Positions 24,771 through 37,421 of a stretch of 64,000 nt of DNA are shown here, one piece after another (positions within the stretch are counted from its first letter, which is position 1; each line of letters begins with the position of its first letter). This DNA comes from Chrysomallon squamiferum (taxonomy: Eukaryota; Animalia; Mollusca): the NCBI GenBank assembly GCA_012295275.1, contig CM022665.1, positions 16,368,001 to 16,432,000 of the forward strand, in the 5' to 3' direction. Below the pieces are notes generated by a model that did no database searches, was not told the origin of the DNA, and worked only from the letters and a program-made list of their open reading frames with translations. Both the position numbers and the translations under genes were made by a program.

Positions 24771-25320
24771 TTGCTTATGTTTTGGTTTATATTTTCACCA
24801 CCCAACCTCACTTTCGTAAATTCGGATAATACCCTGAATTCCATGAATTCTTTATTTATTTGTTTAAATGTTTGTTTATTTATTTATTTACTTATTTATT
24901 TATTTTACAGACAACTACTGAATTCAATTCATACATGTTTATTAGATGTTACATTATTATAATACCAAACTCTAAATAATAAAAACAAGTTATGTTTATA
25001 TGCTGTATAGAAATCTCTAGGTTTAATATTAAATTCAGAAAAAAAAAGCATGTGATTTGATTTTATTATTAATATTAGTAGTAATATTGGTAACAACAGC
25101 AGAGGTAGTAGTAGCATAGTCGTAGTACTAGTAGTAGTAATAGTAGTAGTAATAATAGTAGTAGTAGTAGTTTAGCGACGACTTTATACAGAGAATACTG
25201 GGTGTTATGAAAAGTTCAAAGTTTCTAACTATTTTATAGAATAACAAGAAAATTATTTTTGTGACAGTATTTTGCAGTTTTTTTAATTTTAATTTTAATT
25301 GTTTACTTTTTTTATGTATA

Positions 25321-26065
25321 CAGTGGTACCTCGAGTTACAAGTGCTCCAACTTACGAGTTTTTCGAGTTACGAGAAGCCGCACGGTCAGTTTTGTGCTTT
25401 GAGTTGCAAGCCAAAATCTGAGTTACGAGTATGCATCAGATACGGTACCGTTAGTTGGCGCAAAGAACAACATAAAATCCGCCCCAACATTCCGCGTCTT
25501 ATTCGTTTGCTTACCTCGCCATGGAAGCATCTCTGTTGTGTTAAGCTCGCATTTTGCAGTATTTTGCCAAATTTGCATGGATCCTAAGAAAATGAGTGCA
25601 ACAGACAGTGCTGAGAAGAAGAAGCGGATGATGTCCATTGAATTAAAACATGTTATCATAGAAAAACATGAGCGAGGTGTTCGTGTAGTCAACATACTAA
25701 GCAGTACTTTTACGATATGTACCACATTGTAACAGAAGGAGTCGATAAAGGCTAAAGACTAAAATAATTTCTAAGCTGCTGACCTCTGTACATGAAAAGA
25801 TGGAGAAACCGTAACCCTGTACACTTTACAAAACCAATTTATTTCTTTATATACTCTTTTATTTTGTTTTTGTACAACATTTCTTATTTATACATTTTTC
25901 TTATTTAAAAACACATTAAAAAAATTGGGATGGTTTTGGGGGGCCTAGAACGGATTAATGGTATTTCAGTTAATTGTATTTGGGATAAGTGATTTGATAT
26001 ATGAACAAACTGAGTTACGAACTCGGTCACGGAACGAATTAAACTCGTAAGTCAAGGTACCACTG
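25321..26065 (+). mobile_element. Internally deleted Tigger/pogo DNA transposon
   Basis: TIRs CAGTGGTACCTCGAGTTAC ... GTAAGTCAAGGTACCACTG, with TA on both sides. Transposase N-terminal remnant from 25577 (MDPKKMSATDSAEKKKRMMSIELKHVIIEKHERGVRVV..TICTTL*QKESIKA; CENP-B/psq-type HTH). No DDD domain. Confidence 0.92.
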
Positions 26066-28032
26066 TATTCAGCTATGTACATTTTTATAATCATATAAAA
26101 AATAAAATTCATAAATATTTAATCAATAAGAACAAGAGAGCTAAAGTAAAATATATGACAAACGACAAAATTAAGAATCATCTTGGAACTATTTTTGTTG
26201 TTGTTTTCTGCTAAGATACAATTAATGAATTACATTTTTTGCTATTTTGAAATTGTTATAAGCAGTAGGCTATAATTATTATTAAAATCTTTGAAAAAAG
26301 CAAGCAAACAAACAAAACAAATGTTATTCTAAAATTATTAACAATCTGAATAAACATCCTAAAATAAATTCAAATTTTATTTCATCGTCTTCTTTATAAT
26401 TTATAGTGTTATTATAAATACTAATATTTGACTATTTTAGTATTTACTTTTATTTCGATGTTAATAATTATAACATAAACTTTAACCTTTATTTTCTATC
26501 AGTCTGGCAGTTTTGCGCAGTCATTTTAAAACAAATATTTAGATCACATATAAACAAAACAGCATAAAAGAAAATTAGAATTCTCGGATGCATTAAATGA
26601 TGAAATCAGCAAAGGTTTTAGAGATAATAGGTATATTAACGAAAATATCCGAAAAGCACCGAAGATTAAGCATTTACCGGTCTTCGGTCGAAATCGTAAT
26701 ACACTAAAGGATCAGTATATTGTCATATGGAAGTTACGGAAAATGCAAAATAAATGATAGTGAGAACTATTTTAACTGTGTTTCAGTTTAGAACTAATTA
26801 AATCATTTTCTGTTTGAGGTTTCTGTCAGTGACTTTGATGCTTATGAAAAATTGTACAAATTGTTTTTATATTTTGTTAAAATAATAAGCTTTAAATACT
26901 TAATCGGTTTTTGATTTCAATTAATTCTATTAAATTATTAATTTTGTTTACTTCTACCTGTATCCACTATCTTGTACTAGACAGCGGCTTAAAATGATTC
27001 ATGCACGTAATAACGAATAATACTTATCATGCTAATCATACTCAGATACTGCCTGACTTTGTTGTAAAAATTTTTAGTAAATAAAACAAATTAATAAAAA
27101 ATAAGAAGAATAACTGTTTTAGTTCATCGTGCTATGTGTCTTTATTAGCAACCAGTTCATTATTCAGTGATTTGATAAACACTTAATAAGTGACTTATCA
27201 TCTCATCTATGTCAGACTATGATTCTGTTATGTTCATTATAATTATTGGTATTTTAAAATGACCTATTATATTCACTTTCCAAATCCCTAATAAATGTAG
27301 TTTTTATTTTCTTGTGTAAATTTAACAATATATATTTTATCAACTTTAAGGTTATTTGAAATGGTTTTTAAGATGTGTATATCATTGTATGTATATATAT
27401 GTATATATTTTTAATCTTATCAGTTAATACTAAGAATAGCAGATGAAAATTGGGTGTAAAGTAATTCAGCAACAAATATTAAATAATTTATATGCAGTTT
27501 TTATTTAAATTAAAAAAAAACCATACAAACTAAACTAATAATAATAATATTAATCTTACTGACAACATTTTATTAAACTGTTTGATGCTACTTTATTGTT
27601 AAAATAATGAAATCCTGTTTGTTTCTTAAATTATATTCACACCTCCATTGTTAATGATATATATATTTCTTGTTGAAAGAAGCAAATTTAAGTTTATAAG
27701 ACTTGTTTGAAAAGATAGCATATACATGAATTTGTAATTTCACTTATCAATAACTTGATATATAAAAATTATAAATGAATCGGCCATTTTGTTATTTATT
27801 ATTGTTATTATTATTTTAAAAATTCACATTTCGTTTAAATCACCAGACTGAATTGTTTTTACATTAAATTAACATTTTCCTATCTTTTGTTCACATTTCA
27901 TCTGATATTGGAAATACATGTAACTTCAAAATAATAAAAACATTTAAATAAAATTTAGATTATAAAATAATTATCATGTTTTCAACTTGTTCTTTTTATA
28001 GATTGTGTACTCATTCCTTTAAAAAACAGAGA

Positions 28033-31000
28033 ATGGCATCCGGCCAGTGTTATGGTTGTGGAACAGCATTTGGCTTGTTTAAAAAAGAGGTAATAAATAA
28101 TAGTATGGATATTCTAAAATAAAATATTTTCTTTTTCCTTTGATTTCATTAAAATATATCTGTTATTGTATGAAAAAATAACTGTAATTTGAATGCAGCC
28201 CAAAATTTAATTTAAAAAAATTTAAAATAAAAAGGGCAGACAGTCCTAATAATAGAACTGTATTATGAAGATTCATTTTTAAATGTGGTCCTAATAAAAG
28301 TATAAGCATTTATGTATACATGTTGCCTTCTGACCATATATATGCACATGTGCACATACTAACACACACACACACACATATATATGGTCAGTTTACTACT
28401 GATTTTCTCAGTAGAAATAAACCACAGTTTACATTTTTATTTTATTTTTATTTTTTAGCATGGCTGCAAGAACTGTGGTTTTGCATTTTGTTCAAAATGT
28501 CTGACAAAAACTATTGCTCTGCCCAAACTAGATAATGCCAAACATCATGTCTGCAACAAGTGTTATGATATTATTACTGGGTAGGTTCACATTCATCATT
28601 TTCTTTAATGAGACAGAGTAGGCAAAAAATGACAAAATTTGAATAAACAAAATTGTTCATTAGTTTTTGACATGACCGTTTAGAAAATGTACATAAAAAA
28701 ATTTACTTTTTCAGATAAATGTTTCAGCATTTTTCCAAAAGGAAGTGCATATACACAGAAAAAATAATAATGATGAATAACATCACCCCTTGCAGACATA
28801 ATAAGTGGAAATATGTTTTATAAAACTTCATTTGTTTTAAATATTTTATCAACTATTTTTTTTTTTTGTACTATCCTAACATTTTTAGAAAGATACTGCA
28901 TGAAAACTATTTGTGCTAGAGTTTCAAGTTTGAAAAATATTTATTTAAAAACAAGCACTACAAAATGACAGAAAGGAAATCTTGGAAAAATGAACTATTC
29001 TTTTCGTATAACCTTTATACAACTCTTCTGTTGTTTCAAAATATGAATGAAAAATGTATTTTTCTTTTTTAAATTATTTCTTTTGAAATATGTAAAAAAA
29101 GACTAATTTCTTTCTGTTATTTTGTAGAAATACATGTCTCAAATAAACCCCAGCAGTCTGAATGATATATACAGTATTCCCTCGCTATTCGCAGGGGTTA
29201 CGTTCTTTACCCCCCCCGCGAATAGCGAAAAACTGCGAATATTGGATGCAGTTTTAAAACGTCTATTATGAGATTATATACGGTACTAAATGCTTCCCAA
29301 ACACTTTCTAAAGACACTGTTACTCATTAATACAGTAATAATGTAGTAATATTGCATGCAGTTATGTATTTCACTAATGTAGTAATGATAATGTAAACAC
29401 ATTTTAATTTTGTACTGAAACAATATTTTAATCAGAAAGAAACGTAAGTACAGGAGGACAGTAACACCGCATAGCATAGTTACCCATACTGTATTACTGT
29501 ACCGTAAAGTCATTTTCTATGCGTACAACATATGTATTAGAATTGACAGAAAGTGGAACAAATTTAAAGGCAAACAGACAGATAAATACAGTACGCACAG
29601 TTCAGGTAATAATATGCAATTAAAAACATTATTAATACACGGTCACAAAAAATATGCACTGTACATACAGTGTATGTATTTATAAAAAAATACGTACTGT
29701 ATTGCAATAATAATTGAAAAAATTTGATATTGTTTGTGCTGTCACCAATAATGAATGATAATAAAATGATGATGAAATTTGTAGTGCCATACGATGATGA
29801 TGATAACACTAATGTACAGTATGGCACAGCTTAGCTGCTGCTTTACAGCACTTTAGGTAATTATTCCTACTCTTCAGGCACTTAAGTCTCTATGACCTAC
29901 AAAAACCCGGTTTACCGAGCATTTGTTTTTATGACGTTATGAGGCTAGCCTGGTATACCAGCATACGATGCGATAGGGTTAAGAGCCTAACCCGCGAATA
30001 TGCGGGGCCGCGAATGGGGAACCACGAACAGCTGAGGGTATACTGTATATATATATATATCTATATATATATATTGGTTAGAGTTGAGAGGTTCATGAAA
30101 TGGGGTATTATAATATTTAAAAAAGCAAAAAATAAATGTAATCATTTGTAAAAAAAAAAAAAAAAACTAGTACTAGTTCATATAATTACATCTGTGAAAT
30201 GTGTACCTCAAATTTCACAAAATTAATTTATCAGTCTTTTCCTACGAAAGTAAGTTATAAATTTTTATGTTTGCCAAAACAAGATTCTTTTTTCATTGCT
30301 TAAATTTAATAAGAATTTGTGAAAAGGTTTATCATTTGTAATGATTGATATGATGTAAATGTGTTCATATTTGCTTTAAATTTAATGTATATATTACTAC
30401 CACTGTATTTATAATTATATTTCTTTGTTTACATTTAGCAAAGTTGATTCATCAGATAAAAAAGAGAGATATTCTCCACCTGCAGCATATTTAAAGTATG
30501 TATTTTTATTTTTTTTTAATAATTAAAACTCTTTGTTACAAATTTAATTTAATAATGGCTGAAGTATACAAGAGTGACATAGATTGTTTTATAAAATCAT
30601 AAATAAAGAGTACTGATTCAGTAGTATGTGTTCTTAAAACAGTAGTAAGCCACAGAACATGCATACATAAATAATTTCCAGAAAGATATATTTTGACGTA
30701 TATATATGTATCACGTTTATTTAGCTGCCATTAAACACATATTCTTTCATTGTTCATAGAGGATGTGTCCAGTTTATAAATATTAATTCTACTTTTTATT
30801 TCTTTTTGTTTTGATTATTTGTTTTATTATTATATTAATTTTATTTTAAATTTATTTCTTATTATTAATTTCATCAGTTGAGTTGCTTATGCGGTTTTAT
30901 AAAAGAATTTTTTTTTTTTTTTTTAAACTTGTACTTTCAAATGTTGTTTATTATTTGTATTTTAGACGTGTTGCAGCATTAGAAAATAGGGACACTATAA

Positions 31001-34000
31001 AAACGAAGAGCAAGAACCAGATGCAAGTCAAACCTGTACCTGTAGAATTGCGAGGTTTATCAAAAGCAGATCGGGAAATTGCAGAGAGACTAAATAAGTT
31101 GAAAGAGAAACCTGCAAATGGTTTGCTATTTCAAATCTTCCCATAGAATGATAGATAATTCAAGTCTGGTAGAGTATTGACAGACACTGAGAAATTTTCA
31201 AACAGTTTCTTGTTTGATAGTAAAATTTGTCGTTTTGTAGACAACATTTAGAAACATTATAAGAGAGAAATGGTAAAACTAATGGTTTGAAATCTGCAAT
31301 GTATTAAGAAATCAGTAAACAATTTATTATTACAATCAATACTGCAAAAAGAAATAGTAAAATTATGTTTTCATAAAACTAATATACTATGTTTTTATTT
31401 TTTTTTTGTTTTTGTAGTTTTATGTTGAAATGTTTTTATTTATTACATTGTTTCTTGAAATGCAAGATTAAGAATTTTTTTTTTTTTTTTAATTTTAGCT
31501 CCAAAACCTGCCACTGACAAAGAAATCAGTGAAAGGCTGAGTAAACTTAAAGGAAATATTCCACAGCAATCCACAGCAGAGACAGGTAAAACGCAGGTGA
31601 GTCTTTAATATTTTGTTGTTTTTGTTGTTAAACTTTGGTTAATTAATTTTAATCTGAACTGATACAGAGACTTAAACATGTTAATTTCAAGTGCTTAGGT
31701 AAAAGTGTATTTGAGTTATGCACATCCAGACATATGAATATGCATGTATGACAAGCCATTTTATCTAAACTGAAAATGATGTCATGCATGTATAAATGTG
31801 TTTGTGTATGTACACATACATATATACTTCATGTTCATGTACATACATGTTTCTGTGACCACATTTATGACTCTACTGTTAAGCATGCATTGTTTCACAG
31901 CAAATTATTATCATTATTGTCACCTAAGTGATTTGTAGATGTAAATTTTGTTTTTGTTTTCTTTTTTTAAAGTTTTATCATCCACCTGAACGTAGATCTG
32001 AACAACAACAAATAGATGATCTTCTAGATGAAATAGCAGATGAGGTCGAACTGGATGCAAAATTTGACCCAGTTGTGTGTGTAGAAGAAAGACTGGCTAA
32101 TTTGAGAGATCAAGATGGAACAAAGAAAGGTTTGGTCTTTGAGTAAATTTTAGTTTACTATAATAGAAATCTGAGAACAGAGAAAGGTTTGTCTAAGCAG
32201 GTCCATCCTTAACATATTAACTTTATTCGTTTTTCAATACAACTTTCCTACAGTCATTAGTAAAAGTCTTTGAAATGGTTTTGATGTAATAGAGATATGT
32301 TTTCATTATAATTACACTTACTATACTTTTGTTACGCATGAGTTCAAACCCTAACCCTATTAAATGATAAGAAATTCTTAAGAATGAATTGCACTCATAA
32401 TTAGGATACTTGGTAATGTTCATTATAGTTCATTCTGTTTAAAATGAAGTCAATTCTTGCAGATGTGAACGTGCTTTCAAACAACTTGAACAAAGCAACA
32501 AGTGATGTTCAGAAGCCTTATAACAAAAACATTGTGGCAACGACAAGTAGAAATGATGAGATCAGTGTGGCTGAAATGAACTCATTGATAGAAGCAGCAG
32601 CCCAGGAACTGGAAGTTGATGCAAAGAAAGCTGTGGAAGGGTTGCAGAAAGACAAAGAACTGAGAGAACGACTGAATGAGATAAAGAAGAAAAGAACAGA
32701 AGCAGCAGGAGGTTTGTAACATTAATTAGATCTCTTTGTGCTGTCTTTCATAATATGGCTACATAATCTGTGTATTTCTCTGAATGTAGCCAGGTCTATT
32801 CATTTATTCATCTCATTTCTTTTTTTCTTTCTTTTTCAATTCTTCTTTTAATCCCAGACCTGTTTTTGATATCATTATCTGTTAAAAATAGTTTTTGTTA
32901 TGACTGTAATATCAAAATAAATGAATGTTTATGACAGCTAAAGTAATTTTATATTAATTTTTATTGGACATTGTGTAGACACTGAATAATAAAATTGTAT
33001 TTAATCTGCACATGTAAGTACAGCATTAAAGCACTTCTCTGGCGGTGAGGTTTTTTGGTAATTTCACATTCAAACATCTCGTAATTTGTTTGTCAAAGCC
33101 TGGGGAAGTGCATATAAAAGGTCCTTTAGCTGATTTTTGGTAATAGTAAGTTTTCTTCATCTTATTACAAAATGATAATAGACTTGTAATTACCATTAAA
33201 ATGTGTTTACATTCATGTTCTTGTGATTTGGCTTTACAACACTAAAATATGGAGTATTATAGGAACTCTCTAAAATTTAATAATATATTTTTAATAATAT
33301 GTTTAATAATATATTTTTGTCAGGTGCTGATCCATCTCTAGTTGCTAACATAGACGATGGAAATGAAGAAGAAGATAGTGAAGATGAAGAGCAGGCCACA
33401 AAGAGAATTCTCAAACAGGTATCTCATATTTATCTAGTGCTGAACATTTAAACTGTTAATTTCCATTGGTTTACAAGTAAAACTCAAGTTTAAATCGTTA
33501 AAAGAAGTGGTTAACTTTATTATATCTTGTCACAATATTTTGAATACTTGTGTATTAATTCTTTTTTCCTTTAAACATTGAAAGACTGCAGATGAAGTAT
33601 TTAAGACATTGGTTTTAAAATTTTTACATTCTAATTAGAAAGACACAAGACCACTATATCTCCTGATCTGTCTAACATTCTGGACTGCATGCCAAAATTG
33701 ATCTGATACTCCAAACCTATAAAAAAAAAAAAAGTCCACCCATTATTATTTGTATTAAAAAGTTCTTTGTGTGATACTTTTTAATTTATATTAGTCATCA
33801 TAATTTTGGAATGTCAATATTTTGTTTCAGTACTTAGAAGAAGCTAAACTTGAGGATGCAATTGCTGAGAAGAAACCTGAAAGGGAGAATTTAAAGGCAT
33901 CAGAAATGTCTGAGAAGGTACTGATATATTCTCTCTGAGATCAATGTGCACTCAGATTTAGTTTATGATAAAAGTTTGAATATAATTTTAGAATTCTGAG

Positions 34001-35084
34001 CAGGCCATTGAGTAACTTTCTGCTTGTTCCATTGTCAAATAATGTTAAATATGTTAAAATGCTGATAACATTCTCTTTACAGTTCAGTACATTTTCTTCT
34101 ATTTTGGACATGTAATTTAATTAGTAGTGTCTCTTTTTATAAGAGATACACTGCTACAAATTAATAAGAATAATTCAAAAAGTGAAGGCAGTGAGTTTCC
34201 TTTCTTGTCTCATTGACATCTAGAAATTATCTGATTGACATCAACCCTTCATAGTGATCGTTGATTAAAGTTGTTCTGATATTGTTGTTTAAATGCCCTT
34301 TTTTTTAATGTTAACATTTACTGTACTGTTTCAGACTTTAAAAAGTTTTTTATCATTATTAAAATGCCTTTCATTCATATGATTATTAAAAATGTTTGTA
34401 CTGTTTCAAACCAAGATCATAACTGTAGATTTAAAAATGTATTTATATCATTGTTAGAACATTTGTTCCTTACATTGTTAAAATGAACTGCAACTTTGTT
34501 TCAGACTAAGATAAGTACAAACAGAGATGAAAATGAAGATTATGATGATCCTGATGAGCTTCCATACTGTTCTCTGTGTACAGAGGATGCCACAATCAGA
34601 TGTCTTGGATGCAACTACGATCTGTACTGTAACAAATGTTTTAGGCATGTTTGTACTTACGCATTTTAATTTAGTTCCAGGTTACTATTCAGATATTTAA
34701 CAGAAATACTTTCTATACTGAATATGTAGTTCAACCATTATTCGAGGTTTAATGATATATTAACAACTTCATTCTTAATATGTACATTTTGACTTCAGTA
34801 CTTTTGTTTATATGTCTGATTCTAGGTTTTTATATTCACTTCAAATCCTTATGACATTACATTTTTTTTTGTATGAACTTAAACTACATATCGTGTGTAT
34901 GACGTACTGAATATTTGTCAAGTCTGCTTATGTGTGTCATGTATGCATTGTAAAGATTGTATAGATAGTTTTAATTACAGTTACTTAAAATGTTTTCTTC
35001 TTTAATTACAGACAGTGTCATGAGGAGTTCAACATTAATGACCACGTTTCCATCAAGTACATTCCACCAAAACAGCCTTCATGA
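28033..35084 (+). CDS. ZFYVE19: Abscission/NoCut checkpoint regulator (zinc finger FYVE domain-containing protein 19)
   Basis: Coding exons 28033-28089, 28459-28580, 30439-30495, 30966-31120, 31499-31596, 31973-32129, 32463-32711, 33324-33418, 33831-33917, 34505-34644, 35012-35084. N-terminal FYVE-type finger ([28 protein letters not shown]...VCNKC), YSPPAAYLKRVAALE, IAERLNKLK, and C-terminal B-box-like ELPYCSLCTEDATIRCLGCNYDLYCNKCFRQCH. AATAAA at 35210. Confidence 0.95.
29172..30045. mobile_element. Non-autonomous Tigger/pogo-like element in a ZFYVE19 intron
   Basis: Imperfect TIRs CAGTATTCCCTCGCTATTCGC ... CGAACAGCTGAGGGTATACTG, flanked by TA on both sides. Subterminal CCGCGAAT repeats at both ends; no intact ORF. 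Confidence 0.82.
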
Positions 35085-37421
35085 CACCTAGATCTTTCTG
35101 ATAAACACTGCTTTACTGCATTTTTATCTTTTTATATACTGTAGAAAAAACATTTTGTAGATGAAATTATCCAGAAGAGTTATATTGTAGCCGTCAGTTT
35201 GTGTTAAAAAATAAAACTAATTTCAACTTCAAATTTCTTATTTTTAAGCTATGAATTTGTTGTGAACAAAAATTTTCTGAAATTCAGAAGATACTGATGT
35301 GGAAAAACATCTACCTTCATGTCTTATACATGTGTGTATGTCTGCATGCATGCATATGTGTGTGTGTGCATATATGTATATGTAACATGGATATACATAC
35401 ACACATGCACATAAAGGAATACAGAGAAAGGTCAATATAGACTGTTTTAAATATGTGATCTGGCTGTATTTATATATTGCTGATGTTGGTATGGATTTAA
35501 TAATGCATTTTACAACTTGCTTTTAACAGAATTTGTATTTGTATATATTCACCATATTTGTAAAACATTGAAAAATTTTCTTTTCAATGTTAACAAAGTA
35601 CACTTAACTTGATTTGTCCTATTCATTAAATAAAAAATAAATTCTTTATCATGCATTTGTTAAATTACAGGATAAATATATGTTTAATTTGTTTTAAAAG
35701 ATAAATTAAAATAGATTTATCTGTCATTTCTCTATTTGTTGTTTGTTGGGGGGTTTTAATTATAAAACACCTTTGTTTATTTCCTTTAAACATTATGTTT
35801 TAAAAGCAACAACTATAAACATTGTTTTTTTTTTGTTTTGTTTTTTAAATTAATACATTTCTAACTGGCTATGGTAAAAAATTAAAATGTTTAATTATTA
35901 CCCACATGAACACATACCCAGGAGTATGTAGAATCCTTAAATTTTTGGTTAAAGGGGACAGGGGTTGATTTACCTGCAAATTTCAACATTTAAAAAGAAG
36001 TACAATCTTATAATACAATTATAATTTTTTTTTTTATCAGAACAACTTACTGTAATGCAAATTATACAATATGCAATTTAAAAGGAATAGTTTCTTCTTG
36101 CTTTGCTGAAATTTCCCCCTGTTTTGGGGAGAGCACATTTCCCCTATCCACCTGAGTCATATGGCCATGAATATACCTGCAGATGAAATTAAAATGTTTT
36201 GATAATAATATGATTGCATTTGAAAATGCATATTCAGTGTGAGGCATTTTTATTTATTGTTTTTTGTAATGTAAAATGGTTAATTAGTTAAGTTTAACAA
36301 CATTACACATTCCTATTTCATTTATTGTGTTAGAATATGATATATGTCATATTGATAAATCTTCCATAATTTAAAATCACCTACAAAGATTAATACAATA
36401 TCAAAGTTTATAAAAATTAAAATTAAAATTAAAACATTTTTTTTTTTTTAAATTATAATTAAAAAAATATGATTCTGGGTTGGTGTTTTCTTTTATTAAT
36501 TTTTTCTAATATTTTTTTTTTTTTTTTTTTTAAATGATGAATTATCATTATTTATTTATTTATTCTTTTTCTTCTTTTTTTCTTCTATCATTTATGTATA
36601 AATTAACTGACAATGACCTACAAATAAGTGTATTCTATAAATAGAGCTTATTATTGATGCTAATAATATACATTATTATGAATATAGCGGGAAATTTCAC
36701 ACTCACTGAAATAATGACAGCTGTATATACTATTTCCTATAGAGGAGTCTAAGAAAAATATTCAACGCTATAAACTGATCGCGAAATTAGATTATTCTTT
36801 TATTTATTTTTATTTATTTATTTCTCCTATTACTTAACTTACATATCGCATTAATTACAACGTATAACTAAATTCTAAAACTTCAAGACTACTCAAACTA
36901 TTTCTTTTATATTTTTATTATTTACTTCCATTATAATTGTATCATATTATCATTTATGTATTTATAGGCAAGGTAAAACAAATAATAATAATTAAAAGAT
37001 AATAATAAAAGAAAGAAAAAGGAGCACAATGATTTGAAGAAACAAAATCAGTAAGCGACATAGAAGAAGAAGAGGAAGAGGAAGAAGAAGAAGAGGAAGA
37101 AGAAACAAAGAAAGAAAAAATGAAACAACAACAATAACAAAACAACATGTACAACACAAAGTAATATTCATAATATAAAAACGTATGACACAACCAGTGC
37201 ATTTTCAAGTTTGCTTCAATAAAAATAATAAATTAAATTTCCAACAATCGTTATCTGTAGATTGATAAATCAATATGATTAGTCTAGCATGTAGTATACA
37301 CCTAGGCTGATGTAAGATGGCTGAAACAGCTGGTTGTGACATTACTACTGTCATTTCTTGTTATTGCCGCAGATCTGTTTGTCTATATTAGTGATGTTGA
37401 ATGTTGCAGTTTATTTCATCG

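Noticed and set aside
33090-34290. Possible decayed SINE fragments (GGGAAGTGCATATAAAAGGTCC near 33105; GGCAGTGAGTTTCC near 34190)
   Set aside because: The resemblance to mollusc SINEs is from memory only. No A/B boxes, TSD or second copy in the window supports boundaries.
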